IMG/VR virus record: IMGVR_UViG_3300043446_002035
DNA from: an uncultured virus (IMG/VR IMGVR_UViG_3300043446_002035)
Taxonomy: Duplodnaviria > Heunggongvirae > Uroviricota > Caudoviricetes
Length of the DNA stretch: 64,000 bases
Strand: one strand, 5' to 3'
The position numbers and the translations under genes were made by a program. This document shows, piece after piece, positions 1-10,152 of the stretch. A model generated the notes under the pieces. The model did not search any database. It saw nothing but the letters and a program-made list of their open reading frames with translations, and was not told where the DNA came from. Within the stretch, counting starts at the first letter, position 1; every line of letters begins with the position of its first letter.

Positions 1-1
1 A

Positions 2-127
2 ATTGAACACAGGAATAAAAATAAAGTGAAAGATGAAATTCAACACCTCAACGAAGAGATATCGTCTTTGAAAAATGACTTTCAAGAAATTAAGTTTTTG
101 TTGCAACAGATTGCAAATAAAGGATAA
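2..127 (+). CDS. 3' end of a small coiled-coil hypothetical protein (partial, not in ORF track)
   Basis: Frame 2 is open from the window edge (IEHRNKNKVKDEIQHLNEEISSLKNDFQEIKFLLQQIANKG) to TAA at 125-127, 2 nt before the next ATG. Confidence 0.7.
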   Translation: MEHRNKNKVKDEIQHLNEEISSLKNDFQEIKFLLQQIANKG

Positions 128-129
128 AA

Positions 130-345
130 ATGCCAGCGAATATTAAACAAGTAACTACCGCAAATACTTTTCAGCAATGGCTTGTTGCAACACAAGATTT
201 GATTTCGGTTGCAAACAATCTGACAAACGGTGTCGGTGGCACATTTTATGCTAACACGAACTTAGTTGTTGGTGGAGATTTGGTTGTAACAGGAAACAAC
301 TCTACGGTTGATACCGCCCTTGCTTTTGCTATTGCTTTGGGTTGA
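130..345 (+). CDS. Small virion fibre-associated protein
   Basis: 71 aa; NTFQQW N-terminus typical of T4-like fibre proteins; hydrophobic C-terminus AFAIALG. Confidence 0.6.
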   Translation: MPANIKQVTTANTFQQWLVATQDLISVANNLTNGVGGTFYANTNLVVGGDLVVTGNNSTVDTALAFAIALG

Positions 346-352
346 ATAAATA
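345..352 (+). promoter_or_regulatory. Putative late promoter (AATAAATA)
   Basis: One mismatch to the T4 late -10 box TATAAATA, intergenic, upstream of RBS GAGGA. Confidence 0.5.
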
Positions 353-374
353 CTGAAGAAAAACAGAGGATTTA

Positions 375-707
375 ATGGCTAATACTTTCAAAAATCAAAC
401 ACTCAAGGCTGCTGGAACGACAGCACAGAATGCCTACGCTGCTGGTGCTGGTGTACAAGCAACGGTAATCGGCATGACAATTGCCAATATTACTGCTTCT
501 CCAATTTCGGCGAATGTTATTCTTAATGGTGGCACCATTACTAATAATGTTTACCTTGTTAAAGATGCGACAATTGCTCCGGGTGGTGCTTTAGTGCCAG
601 TCGGTGGAGACCAAAAACTTGTGCTTGAAGCGGGCGATTATCTGCAAGTCAACACTTCAGTTGCGTCATCAGCAGACGTTATTGTTTCAGTTCTGGAGGT
701 TACCTAA
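375..707 (+). CDS. Small beta-rich tail-fibre adaptor-like protein (paralog 1)
   Basis: 110 aa; shares I/V-A-N core and acidic C-terminal strand (SVLEVT) with 1390..1728 and 7488..7871. Confidence 0.6.
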   Translation: MANTFKNQTLKAAGTTAQNAYAAGAGVQATVIGMTIANITASPISANVILNGGTITNNVYLVKDATIAPGGALVPVGGDQKLVLEAGDYLQVNTSVASSADVIVSVLEVT

Positions 708-1375
708 TGGCATATATTGGCAACAGTCCTGAAGTCAACGTTTTTACTGCTAAAGTAGATAAGTTTAGCGGTACAGGTGCTTGCACTCAGTTCACTTTGT
801 CAAGAACTATTGATGATGCCAATGCGATTTTAGTTGTTGTCAACAGTGTATTACAAACACCAATAGCATCGTATAATGTTTCTTCAGGTATTGTTACATT
901 TACTGAAGCGCCGTCTTTAGGAACAGAAAACATTTTGGTGAACTATACATCACCAATTACACTGACGTTCAATCAAGTTTCTGCAAGTCAACTTCAAGCA
1001 AATTCAGTTACTTCAAGGGCAATTGCAGACAATTCTGTGACGAGCAGTAAGATTGCACCAGGGACAGTCATTGCATCAGATATTGCAGACGGTAGTGTGA
1101 CGGCTACAAAATTAGCCGTAGGTTCTGTGAGTGGCAATAACATCACAGAAAATTCAATTCGTGGTAACAACATCGTTGCAGGCACTATTACTGGTAATCT
1201 AATCGCAGATGGTGCAATCACTGGTAATGATTTGGCTAATAATGTTATTCGTGCTAATAACATTGTTGCAGGAACAATCACAGGTAATCTAATCGCAGAT
1301 AATGCAATTTCTGGAAACAATATTGTATCACCTCCAGACATATTTGACGATGCATTTTTATTCGGTGGAATGTAA
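707..1375 (+). CDS. Tail fibre stalk-like protein with 10-aa repeats
   Basis: MAYIGN start; F-x-L...Q-x-P...Y...(I/V)TF-x-x-AP domain; repeated (S/A)(V/I)TxxKIA / IRGNNIVAGTITGNLIA units; ends DDAFLFGGM. Confidence 0.7.
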   Translation: MAYIGNSPEVNVFTAKVDKFSGTGACTQFTLSRTIDDANAILVVVNSVLQTPIASYNVSSGIVTFTEAPSLGTENILVNYTSPITLTFNQVSASQLQANSVTSRAIADNSVTSSKIAPGTVIASDIADGSVTATKLAVGSVSGNNITENSIRGNNIVAGTITGNLIADGAITGNDLANNVIRANNIVAGTITGNLIADNAISGNNIVSPPDIFDDAFLFGGM

Positions 1376-1389
1376 AAAAGGAAAAATAA

Positions 1390-1728
1390 ATGGCAAGAGC
1401 ATATAAAATTTTAGGACAAAGAAATCCCACAGCAAATGTACTCAGCACTCTTTATACAGTGCCAGCTGGTAATTCTGCTATCATTTCATCGATTACTGTG
1501 GCGAACCTGGATGAGGGTGCTGCAAATGGAGGTGCATTTAGAATTTCAGCAAATGCTTCAGGCGTTGCTGTTGCAAATGCAAACTATCTTGCATACAGTG
1601 TCAATGTACCAGGAAGAGATACAGTTACGTTGACTTTAGGTGTTACTCTTAACGCAGGCTCTATTGTTTCTGTCAATGCAAACAGTTCGCTTCTATCGTT
1701 CTCTGCATTTGGCACTGAAGTCTACTAA
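1390..1728 (+). CDS. Small beta-rich tail-fibre adaptor-like protein (paralog 2)
   Basis: 112 aa; LYTVPAG, ITVAN, ends AFGTEVY. Confidence 0.6.
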   Translation: MARAYKILGQRNPTANVLSTLYTVPAGNSAIISSITVANLDEGAANGGAFRISANASGVAVANANYLAYSVNVPGRDTVTLTLGVTLNAGSIVSVNANSSLLSFSAFGTEVY

Positions 1729-1730
1729 GA

Positions 1731-4700
1731 ATGAGTTTAAAAAAGTTCAGTGTAGGTACTCTTCAGAGTAAAAAAGTATCGACATATAAGTTCAGTTCAA
1801 ATCGACTGAGCCTTAGACGTTTTCCTTTTCCATCAGCACCCGTCACACCCACAGCAGTTTATGTTGAAGATGTGTTTTCAACTTTTCTTTATACTGGGAA
1901 TTCTGGATCGACGCAAAGTATTCCTAACAACATTCGTTTAGGTGATGGAGCAACATCGGCAGGTTGGATAGCAACCCTAAGTTCCTCAAACTTAGAATTC
2001 AGTGTTTATGGTGAAGATGTTGCAATTGATAGTAGTGGTAACGTATATGTTTGTGGCACACAATACGGAACTGGTTACAATTTTCAAATTGCAAAATATA
2101 ATTCAACTGGCACCCTTTTGTGGCAAAAAACTATGTCCACTGTTTATTATGCTTCCTCAATAACAGTGGACAGTAACGACAACGTATATGTGGCCGGCAC
2201 TGTAATAATTGGCACTGATGAAGCATATATTATAAAACTTGATTCTTCTGGCAATATTCAGTGGCAAAGAACTCTTGGTGGTGCTAATAGTCAACAAGCA
2301 CAATCAGTAAAAGTTGATAGTAGTGGAAACGTTTATATTGGTGGAACTGCGCAGAACGCATCGAGTGGTTATGATTTGTTTATCGCTAAGTATGACGCAT
2401 CTGGCACTCTTCAGTGGCAAAGACTTCTTGGATTATTTGGTACATCTTTTAACTTTGGATACGATTTAGCTTTAGACAGTAGCGGCAATCCGCACATTTG
2501 TGGAATTGAAACTGTTAGCACTCGTTATAGAATGTTTGTTGCCAAGTATGACACATCAGGTGTTTTTCAATGGCAAAGAAGGCTCACGGGGTCGGACACC
2601 GATGATCGTGGTCAAGGTGTAGCAGTTGATAGTGCTGGCAATGTGTATATGTGTGGTTTTTCAAACTCTGGTGGTTCACCCGGCAGTTTTAATTCCATAC
2701 TTGCAAAATATAACTCATCTGGTGTTCTTCAATGGCAAAGAAGTCTTGGTTTAGGTTATCCAACTCAGGATTATGGATATTCAGTAACGGTTGATAGTAA
2801 TGATGATGTATTTATTAGTGGTTCAACAAATGGTTTTGATACAGATAAATTTCTTATTGCAAAGTATAATTCGTCTGGTGTTCTTCAGTGGCAAAGAATT
2901 TTAGGTAGAAATGAGTCTATTTCAGGAATAGGTGCTGCTTACGGATACTCAATAAAAGTTGATAATAGAAGTAGTATGTATATTTGTGGTTACATACAAG
3001 ATCCTAATGGCAAACAACGAATGCTCATTGCTAAATTACCAGCAGATGGAACCGGCATTGGTGGTTATGAAGTTGGAGGCTATACTTATAGATATGAAGA
3101 AAGCACACTAACAAACTCTGCGTCCACTTTTTCAAATACGGCGGGTGTTTTAAATAACACCGCTGCAAGTTTATCTAATACATCAAATACATTCACAACT
3201 TCAACTAGTAACCTAACATCTAGTTTGGCTACTGTATCTACTGGCACAGGATCCGGTGGAATGGTGTGGATAAAAGCTCGTTCCGGTGTAACTAATCACG
3301 CTATTTATGACACAGCACGTGGTGCAACATTGGACCTTGCGTCAAATTTAACTGATGGACAAACAACACAAACAACAGGACTAACATCTTTTAATTTTAA
3401 CGGTTTCACTATCGGATCGCTTTCAAAGTTGAATGGTGGTTCGGCATTATACGCATCATGGACATTCCGCAAGCAAGCAAAGTTCTTTGATGTCGTGACG
3501 TATACAGGGAATGGTTTAGACAATAGGCAAATTCCACACAATTTAGGAGCGACACCGGGCTGCTTTATGATTAAGCGGACAGACACCGCAGGCAGTTGGA
3601 CTGTTTATCATCGTTCAATAGGCAGTTCAAACTACCTAACTCTTAGTAGCACTGGGGCTTCAGCGCCAGGTAGTTATTTCAATGACACAGATCCTACCAG
3701 CACAGCGTTCACAGTAAGTAGTGGACCTCTTGTTAACAGTTCGGGTGGTACTTATGTCGCATATCTATTCGCCCACGATGCAGGAGGCTTTGGCAATTTG
3801 GGTACAGACAATATAATTAGTTGTGGATCATTTACGACTGATGGTAGTGAAAACAGTACCACTGTGCTTGGTTATGAGCCACAATGGTTATTGCTCAAAG
3901 CATTCGATGGTGCTACTGCCGCTTCTCAGTCTTGGCAGATTTTCGACTCAGTACGAGGATTAACTGTCAATGCAACCGATGATTCAGCTTTACAGCCAAA
4001 CAACACTAATACAGAAACACAACTAAACAGGATAGGCATTACTTCTACTGGTTTTACGACAAATGCTTTTGGAACCAATACATCGTTTATCTACATCGCA
4101 ATTCGTCGTGGTCCAATGAGAACGCCAACGGATGCTAGTAAAGTGTTTCAGCCTGTTGTTTACACGGGAACAAACGTAGATAATAGATTAGTTCCTACTG
4201 GCATTTTGACAGACATGATTATGGCTCGTCAAAGAAACTCTACATCAATTGGTTTTGTTGTGGGTGATAGACTACGTAGTAATGAATATCTTCGTACAGA
4301 TAATGACTCGGCGGGTGTGACTGACGCAGACTCTTTGATGACACCAACAGTAGGATATGGCAATTCTTTCTCTGCAATGAATGGTTTTGGTGTTGGAAAT
4401 GATGCAACGTCACAGTTGAACATAAGCACAGTAGCAAGTAATCAAGTAGTGGAAGCATTTGCACGTGCGCCAGGATTCTTTGATATAGTTACATACACAG
4501 GAACAGGTGTTGCAAGAACAGTCAATCATAATCTTGGCGCAGTTCCTAAAATGATGTGGATAAAAGGCTTAAATGCGGCGGCTGATTCTTGGATTGTTTA
4601 TTCGTCTGCTTTAGGTTCTGATGTATATGTGGGATTGCAAAGCAGTGTCGAACCCACAACATCTACCACGGCACTCAATTCTACTGCACCTACAGCATCA

Positions 4701-5909
4701 GTTTTTTCTGTGGGCTCCAATGGTGAAACAAATGGTAATGGTGATAGTTTTGTAGCTTATCTATTTGGTGAAATTCCTGGAATATCTAAAGTTTCTTATT
4801 ATCTTGGTAAAGGTGCTGGAACAGTCAATCAGATAGATTGCGGATTTACAACTGGAGCAAGATTTTTGTTGGTAAAATCTTTGCTAGGAGTCGCTTCGTG
4901 GTATGTTTGGGACACAGCACGTGGTATAGTAGCAGGTAACGATCCATACATACTTGCCGATCTAACCAATGCAGAAACAACGAATCAAGATTATGTAGAT
5001 TCTTATGCAGCAGGTTTTGAACTAAGCACAACTGCTCCTGAACAACTTAATGGTTCTTACGCTGACAATTGGGATGGTCAAACTATTGCAGGCACTAGTA
5101 ATTTTCTAGATGTAATGTATGAGAATGGCTATTGGGTTGCAGCAGTAACTACCAATATTTACTACTCAGTGTCTGGTTATGGTTGGACTCTTGTATCTTC
5201 TATTTCCGCTGGAGCAGTTTACGGTCTTGCATTCGGCAATGGATTATATGTCGCCGTTGGAGGAAGTGGACGAATTTCAACGTCTAGCAATCTTACTTCT
5301 TGGACTGCTCGAACGAGCGGCACGACTTCGGCTCTAAATGGTGCAGCGTATGCTTTTGGAAAGTATTGGGCATGTGGCGCCAGTGGAACAGTAGTTTCTT
5401 CGACCGATGGTGTTACTTGGTCAACAGTATCAATTGGCACTGCTAATACTCTAAATCGTGTTAGATTTTTGAATGGTAATTTGATTTTTGTTGGAAATTC
5501 AGGAACCATAGTCACAACAGCAGACGGCACGACATTTACTGTGCAAACATCGGGCACAGTTAACGCAATCAATGATGTGACATATGGTAATGGTCTTTAT
5601 GTAATAGTTACAAACAATGGCACAATTCACACTTCTCCTACTTTGGTGACTTGGACAAGCCGCAATCCTGGAAACTTGGCAGGTAATGATATAAATGGCG
5701 TTGTGTGGACGGGTAGTAGATTTGTTGCAGTTGCTACGCTTGGTGAGACTGGCTACTCTGCTGATGGAATTACTTGGCCTAACGGTGCAGCCGCCGGCTC
5801 AGCTAATATACCATGTGTTGCATATGGAAATGATATGATTATAGCAGGAAATAGTGATGGTACCGTTTATGCATCAAATCCAAAATTTATTTTCATAGCA
5901 ATCGCATAA
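1731..5909 (+). CDS. Large tail-fibre tip / receptor-binding-like protein with beta-propeller repeats
   Basis: About seven DSSGNVY...AKY(N/D)SSGxLQWQR blades, repeated YTGxG...WIK modules, C-terminal S/T-x-DG-x-TW (BNR-like) repeats; followed by a chaperone gene. Confidence 0.75.
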   Translation: MSLKKFSVGTLQSKKVSTYKFSSNRLSLRRFPFPSAPVTPTAVYVEDVFSTFLYTGNSGSTQSIPNNIRLGDGATSAGWIATLSSSNLEFSVYGEDVAIDSSGNVYVCGTQYGTGYNFQIAKYNSTGTLLWQKTMSTVYYASSITVDSNDNVYVAGTVIIGTDEAYIIKLDSSGNIQWQRTLGGANSQQAQSVKVDSSGNVYIGGTAQNASSGYDLFIAKYDASGTLQWQRLLGLFGTSFNFGYDLALDSSGNPHICGIETVSTRYRMFVAKYDTSGVFQWQRRLTGSDTDDRGQGVAVDSAGNVYMCGFSNSGGSPGSFNSILAKYNSSGVLQWQRSLGLGYPTQDYGYSVTVDSNDDVFISGSTNGFDTDKFLIAKYNSSGVLQWQRILGRNESISGIGAAYGYSIKVDNRSSMYICGYIQDPNGKQRMLIAKLPADGTGIGGYEVGGYTYRYEESTLTNSASTFSNTAGVLNNTAASLSNTSNTFTTSTSNLTSSLATVSTGTGSGGMVWIKARSGVTNHAIYDTARGATLDLASNLTDGQTTQTTGLTSFNFNGFTIGSLSKLNGGSALYASWTFRKQAKFFDVVTYTGNGLDNRQIPHNLGATPGCFMIKRTDTAGSWTVYHRSIGSSNYLTLSSTGASAPGSYFNDTDPTSTAFTVSSGPLVNSSGGTYVAYLFAHDAGGFGNLGTDNIISCGSFTTDGSENSTTVLGYEPQWLLLKAFDGATAASQSWQIFDSVRGLTVNATDDSALQPNNTNTETQLNRIGITSTGFTTNAFGTNTSFIYIAIRRGPMRTPTDASKVFQPVVYTGTNVDNRLVPTGILTDMIMARQRNSTSIGFVVGDRLRSNEYLRTDNDSAGVTDADSLMTPTVGYGNSFSAMNGFGVGNDATSQLNISTVASNQVVEAFARAPGFFDIVTYTGTGVARTVNHNLGAVPKMMWIKGLNAAADSWIVYSSALGSDVYVGLQSSVEPTTSTTALNSTAPTASVFSVGSNGETNGNGDSFVAYLFGEIPGISKVSYYLGKGAGTVNQIDCGFTTGARFLLVKSLLGVASWYVWDTARGIVAGNDPYILADLTNAETTNQDYVDSYAAGFELSTTAPEQLNGSYADNWDGQTIAGTSNFLDVMYENGYWVAAVTTNIYYSVSGYGWTLVSSISAGAVYGLAFGNGLYVAVGGSGRISTSSNLTSWTARTSGTTSALNGAAYAFGKYWACGASGTVVSSTDGVTWSTVSIGTANTLNRVRFLNGNLIFVGNSGTIVTTADGTTFTVQTSGTVNAINDVTYGNGLYVIVTNNGTIHTSPTLVTWTSRNPGNLAGNDINGVVWTGSRFVAVATLGETGYSADGITWPNGAAAGSANIPCVAYGNDMIIAGNSDGTVYASNPKFIFIAIA

Positions 5910-5934
5910 AACAATTTTTCAATAGGAAACAATC

Positions 5935-6414
5935 ATGGGATATAGATTACAATCAACAGGCGAATATTTTCCAACAGACCAAGCTCTGCGTGGGACTATA
6001 CCACACGCTCCTTTTCCAATTACTCTTGAATGGATGGAAGCGAATGGCATCGATTCTGTATTTGAAGGACCACAAGCATCTGGTGGTACAGTTTATCAAT
6101 ACAGTCAATTTGCTGGTATTGAACAAGCACAAGATGGAAAATGGTACACTAAGTATGTACTAGGACCAGTTTTTACTGATGTTGAAGGTAAAACTGCTGC
6201 TGAACAAGAAGCAGAGTATCATGCAAGAAAAGATGCCGAGCAAGCAAGTGCTGTTCGTCAGACACGCAATCAAAGACTGACTGCATCGGATTGGACACAA
6301 TTAGAAGATTCAACTGCTGATAAAGCGGCGTGGGCTACATATCGTCAAGCACTGCGTGACATTTCTGAGCAAGAAGGATTTCCTTGGACTATTCAGTGGC
6401 CAGAGAAGCCATAA
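5935..6414 (+). CDS. Tail fibre assembly chaperone (Tfa-like)
   Basis: C-terminal RNQRLTASDWTQLED...WATYRQALRDI...WPEKP signature. Confidence 0.85.
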   Translation: MGYRLQSTGEYFPTDQALRGTIPHAPFPITLEWMEANGIDSVFEGPQASGGTVYQYSQFAGIEQAQDGKWYTKYVLGPVFTDVEGKTAAEQEAEYHARKDAEQASAVRQTRNQRLTASDWTQLEDSTADKAAWATYRQALRDISEQEGFPWTIQWPEKP

Positions 6415-6442
6415 GTAAATACATAAAATGAAAGGTGATTGA

Positions 6443-6862
6443 ATGAATAACGAAGAAATATTTTATTCGCAATTTTTGATTGACCATGGAAATAAAAAGT
6501 TTTCATGTACTCCTCAATCAGCAATTCGTGCGCTTAGACCGACTGCAAAGTATGGTCTAACACAACAAGATGGTAAGTATATTTTTGGTGAGTGGCAAGA
6601 TGAAGAAGGATTGCCACCACCAACACAAGAAGAAATAGAAGAAGAATTAGAGTTTCAGCAAAGATTTTGCGATTACTGGCAACACTTTTATGACCGTTAT
6701 CAAGCATATCCCGACATCACAGTATTATTCAATATGTTGTGGAATGCAATTGACAAAGAACAGATTCCAGGAAAAGAATCAGACTTTTATCGCACAATCA
6801 AATTGGTGAACGAACAATATCCTGCGCCTGATGGTGAACCGCCATCAAGGTCAAATAAATAA
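6443..6862 (+). CDS. Tail-associated protein, XkdW-like
   Basis: AIRALRPTA...W.D....PPPTQEEI; paralogous to 9883..10134. Confidence 0.5.
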   Translation: MNNEEIFYSQFLIDHGNKKFSCTPQSAIRALRPTAKYGLTQQDGKYIFGEWQDEEGLPPPTQEEIEEELEFQQRFCDYWQHFYDRYQAYPDITVLFNMLWNAIDKEQIPGKESDFYRTIKLVNEQYPAPDGEPPSRSNK

Positions 6863-6881
6863 AGTAAAAACAGGAATATAA

Positions 6882-7484
6882 ATGTCTTATATTGGCAATC
6901 AAGTCACTTCAGTACCTTATATCGTTGACGTTTACAGCGGTGACGGTAGCACTGTTGCTTTTGGCACATTAGCAAGGGCTCCAGCAGGCACAGCATCAAT
7001 TGCTGTTTATGTCAACGGTGTATATCAAAGACCTGGCTTTGACTATACATTGAATGGTGCTGTCATTACATTTACAACTGCACCTGGTGTAGGTACAAAC
7101 AATGTTATTATTCATCATCTTGGTAACGGTACAACAACACAAGTGCCGTCAGATGGCTCTGTTACGGGTGTAAAACTTGCAAGTGGTGCAGTTTCTGGTA
7201 ATAATATCACAGTCAATGCGATTCGTGGCAATAACATTGTTGCTGGTACCATTACTGGTAATTTGATTGCAGACAATGCTGTGTCAGGCAATAACATTGT
7301 TGCAAATGCGATTCGTGGCAATAACATTGTTGCTGGTACTATTACAGGTAATCTTATAGCATCTCAAACGATTACAGGTGACCTGATTGCTGGAACATCA
7401 ATTTCACCGAATCAATTTTCTACTTTAGCAAACACAAAAATCCTGAGTTCAGGAATCATAGGATCACTTATTTTTGGAGCATAA
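6882..7484 (+). CDS. Tail fibre stalk-like protein with 10-aa repeats
   Basis: MSYIGN start, VYVNGVYQRP..DY...ITFTTAP domain, IRGNNIVAGTITGNLIA repeats, ends GSLIFGA; paralog of 707..1375. Confidence 0.7.
   Translation: MSYIGNQVTSVPYIVDVYSGDGSTVAFGTLARAPAGTASIAVYVNGVYQRPGFDYTLNGAVITFTTAPGVGTNNVIIHHLGNGTTTQVPSDGSVTGVKLASGAVSGNNITVNAIRGNNIVAGTITGNLIADNAVSGNNIVANAIRGNNIVAGTITGNLIASQTITGDLIAGTSISPNQFSTLANTKILSSGIIGSLIFGA
7215..7339 (+). repeat. 35-bp exact direct repeat, 90-bp period
   Basis: aatgcgattcgtggcaataacattgttgctggtac at 7215-7249 and 7305-7339. Confidence 0.85.
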
Positions 7485-7487
7485 TAA

Positions 7488-7871
7488 ATGGCCGCACCTA
7501 ATATCGTAAACGTAACCACTATTGTACCACATACAGTGACGCTTACACCAGCAAATACAGCCCGTCAGGGATTGGTTGCAGCACCCGCAACAGGTGCGAC
7601 TCATAAAATAAACACGGTCATGATAGCAAACTTGGATCCGTCCAATTCATATGCTGCTACCATATCTCTTTGTCTTGCTGATGGAACTACATTTCGTTCA
7701 ATTGGAAACACTGTTTCTGTGCCACCTAACTCAACTTTAGTTCTAACAGATAAATCAACATCGTTTTATTTGTTGGATACCACTGTCACTGGTGAAACAA
7801 GCACACTGTGGGTTCAGAGTAACTCAGCAAGTAATTTGACATTCACTTGCTCATACGAAACAATTAGTTAA
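7488..7871 (+). CDS. Small beta-rich tail-fibre adaptor-like protein (paralog 3)
   Basis: 127 aa; MAAPNIVNV start, MIAN, VSVPPNSTL, ends SYETIS. Confidence 0.6.
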   Translation: MAAPNIVNVTTIVPHTVTLTPANTARQGLVAAPATGATHKINTVMIANLDPSNSYAATISLCLADGTTFRSIGNTVSVPPNSTLVLTDKSTSFYLLDTTVTGETSTLWVQSNSASNLTFTCSYETIS

Positions 7872-7898
7872 TTCTGTGCATCAAGAGAGGAATTTTTA

Positions 7899-9863
7899 AT
7901 GACTAGACGTTATTCAGGTGGTTTGGTAAGAGCCCTACCAGTTTCAGTCGCTACTTCTGGTACAAGCGGCGTCTTTACTGTATCTGAAGCCATGAACTAC
8001 ATCGCAGCAGGTAAATGGCCACAAAACTTTCTCACCACTGTTTTGACATTTACGGGTTCTGGCACTTGGACAGCACCGCCTGGCGTTACTTCTGTTGATT
8101 ATCTTGTTGTTGGCGGTGGCGGTGCGGGTGGAGGAGCTGTGCGAACAGGAATAACACATTCTTGCGTTTTCATAGGCGGTGGCGGCGGTGCTGGTGGTTT
8201 TCGTATAGGCACAAACATGAGTGTAACTCCTGGCACTGATTACACTATAACAATAGGTGCTGGTGGAACATCAACGGTGGCACCTGGACAAGCAAGTGGA
8301 AATGGTAGTAACAGTTCTTTCGGCAATTCTCCTAATGATGTTATCTCAAGGGGTGGTGGTCATGGTGGTGGTTGTCAACTCTCAACTTTCTCTGGAACCG
8401 GTGGCTCTGGGGGCGGTTCTGGCGCATTAGTGGGTGGAGCGCCTAATTGGCTTGCGGGTTCTGGAAATATTCCAGTCACCTCACCCTCTCAGGGGAATAA
8501 TGGTGGTACTAGTAGTGGCGCCACTGGACCTTCCGCTGGTGTTATGCGAGCCATGGGAGGTGGAGGAGGTGGAGCAGGTGCGGTCGGAGGAACTGCTAAC
8601 ACGACTTCAGCTGGTGGCGGTGGAATTGGTGGTGTTTCCGCTATAACAGGAATTTCAACGTATTATGCTAGTGGTGGGGGAGGTGGAGCATACCCAACAC
8701 CCACATACCCCGCACAAGGATCTCTTTGTTCTTATGCTGGCGCCGGTGGTTGCGGTGGTGGCGGTAGAGGTGGTGGTGGAAGAACCGCACCTTTAGGTAA
8801 TTTTTGTTCAACAATACGGGGCAATGGAGCAAACGGAACAGCATTCACCGGTGGTGGGGGTGGTGGAAGTGCTTGTTCAGCACCCGCAGTGCCTACTACA
8901 CCTTTTGTATTTCTTCCAGGTGGCTCAGGTGGTTCCGGTGTCGTCATTATTCGTTATCTGCAATCAACAAATACAAATACTTACACCTTCAAAGCATCAA
9001 CTAATTGGGTCGCACCGCCTGGTGCTACATTGATTGACTATCTCATCGTCGGTGGCGGCGGTGGTGGTGGTGCAGCTTCTTTTGCGTGTTCAAGAAACTA
9101 TGCTGGTGGTGGTGGAGGCGCCGGCGGAGTTAGATCCGGAACAAATTATCCAATTACTCCAGGTGCAACTTACGCCATACAAGTTGGAGCTGGCGGCACA
9201 AGAGGCTTTGCAGCAAATACCTCTTTCATAGACGCAGGTGCTAATGGTGGAAATAGTTCTTTTGGAACTGCACCAAATCAAATTTCTTCAACCGGTGGTG
9301 GCAGAGGAGGTGGATTTACTTCGTCTTCATTTCCTTCAGGAGTGACTTTTTATAATGGTGAAAATGGTGGATCTGGTGGTGGAGGTATAGGCTCTAACTG
9401 TGGTGTAGGAGTTAATGGTGGCCAAGGTAACATACCTAATGTAACTCCTGCTCAGGGATTCGGTGGAGGAACTACAATTTCTCCATTAACTAATGCTTCT
9501 GGTGGTGGTGGAGCCTCTGCAAATGGAACTGGTGGTGGTGGTCCTGTGGCCACTTCTGGTAGTGGAGGTAATGGTATTGCTTCTACTATAAGTGGAGCAT
9601 CAGTCACTTATGGCGGCGGTGGCGGTGGTGGGGGTGCAGCGCCAGTTCAAAGTTGGGGAACAGGTGGTACAGGTGGTGGGGGTGGAGCTGGTGCAATATC
9701 GGGTCCCGGAACTCCAGGATTAGGAGCCAACGGAAATAATGCCACATTAGCAACAGGTGGTGGAGGTGGCGGTGCATCAAGAAACGGTGCACCGCAAGCC
9801 TGCCGCCAGTATTCAGGCGGCAATGGTGGCTCAGGAATCGTTATTATTAAAGTTGTTGGATAA
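7899..9863 (+). CDS. Glycine-rich tail tip/adhesin-like protein with two tandem Gly-rich domains
   Basis: Two copies of TF..S..W.APPG.T..DYL(V/I)VGGGG...GGSG(V/I)VII; polyglycine tracts. Confidence 0.75.
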   Translation: MTRRYSGGLVRALPVSVATSGTSGVFTVSEAMNYIAAGKWPQNFLTTVLTFTGSGTWTAPPGVTSVDYLVVGGGGAGGGAVRTGITHSCVFIGGGGGAGGFRIGTNMSVTPGTDYTITIGAGGTSTVAPGQASGNGSNSSFGNSPNDVISRGGGHGGGCQLSTFSGTGGSGGGSGALVGGAPNWLAGSGNIPVTSPSQGNNGGTSSGATGPSAGVMRAMGGGGGGAGAVGGTANTTSAGGGGIGGVSAITGISTYYASGGGGGAYPTPTYPAQGSLCSYAGAGGCGGGGRGGGGRTAPLGNFCSTIRGNGANGTAFTGGGGGGSACSAPAVPTTPFVFLPGGSGGSGVVIIRYLQSTNTNTYTFKASTNWVAPPGATLIDYLIVGGGGGGGAASFACSRNYAGGGGGAGGVRSGTNYPITPGATYAIQVGAGGTRGFAANTSFIDAGANGGNSSFGTAPNQISSTGGGRGGGFTSSSFPSGVTFYNGENGGSGGGGIGSNCGVGVNGGQGNIPNVTPAQGFGGGTTISPLTNASGGGGASANGTGGGGPVATSGSGGNGIASTISGASVTYGGGGGGGGAAPVQSWGTGGTGGGGGAGAISGPGTPGLGANGNNATLATGGGGGGASRNGAPQACRQYSGGNGGSGIVIIKVVG

Positions 9864-9882
9864 TTAGTTATTTGGAGTGATT

Positions 9883-10134
9883 ATGAAAAAAATATATCAA
9901 TTATATGGAATAGATACAGCAATGCATTTATTGCGACCAGGAGCAACTTGGGAAATTAGCAATATGGGATTTAGCAAATGGGATGATCCTAGACCATGCC
10001 CAACTATGGAAGAAGTAAAAGAGTGTATGGAAAAACTAAAGCAGTTAGAAGACTCCATAGATACACAGTGGCGTGATGATCAACTCAAAGAATTTGGTAT
10101 ACAAGAAAAAGTATTATCTGAACAATTAAAATGA
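9883..10134 (+). CDS. Tail-associated protein, XkdW-like
   Basis: AMHLLRPGATW...WDDPRPCPTMEEV; ATG at 9883 behind GGAG. Confidence 0.5.
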   Translation: MKKIYQLYGIDTAMHLLRPGATWEISNMGFSKWDDPRPCPTMEEVKECMEKLKQLEDSIDTQWRDDQLKEFGIQEKVLSEQLK

Positions 10135-10152
10135 AAATTACAAGGAGATAAA

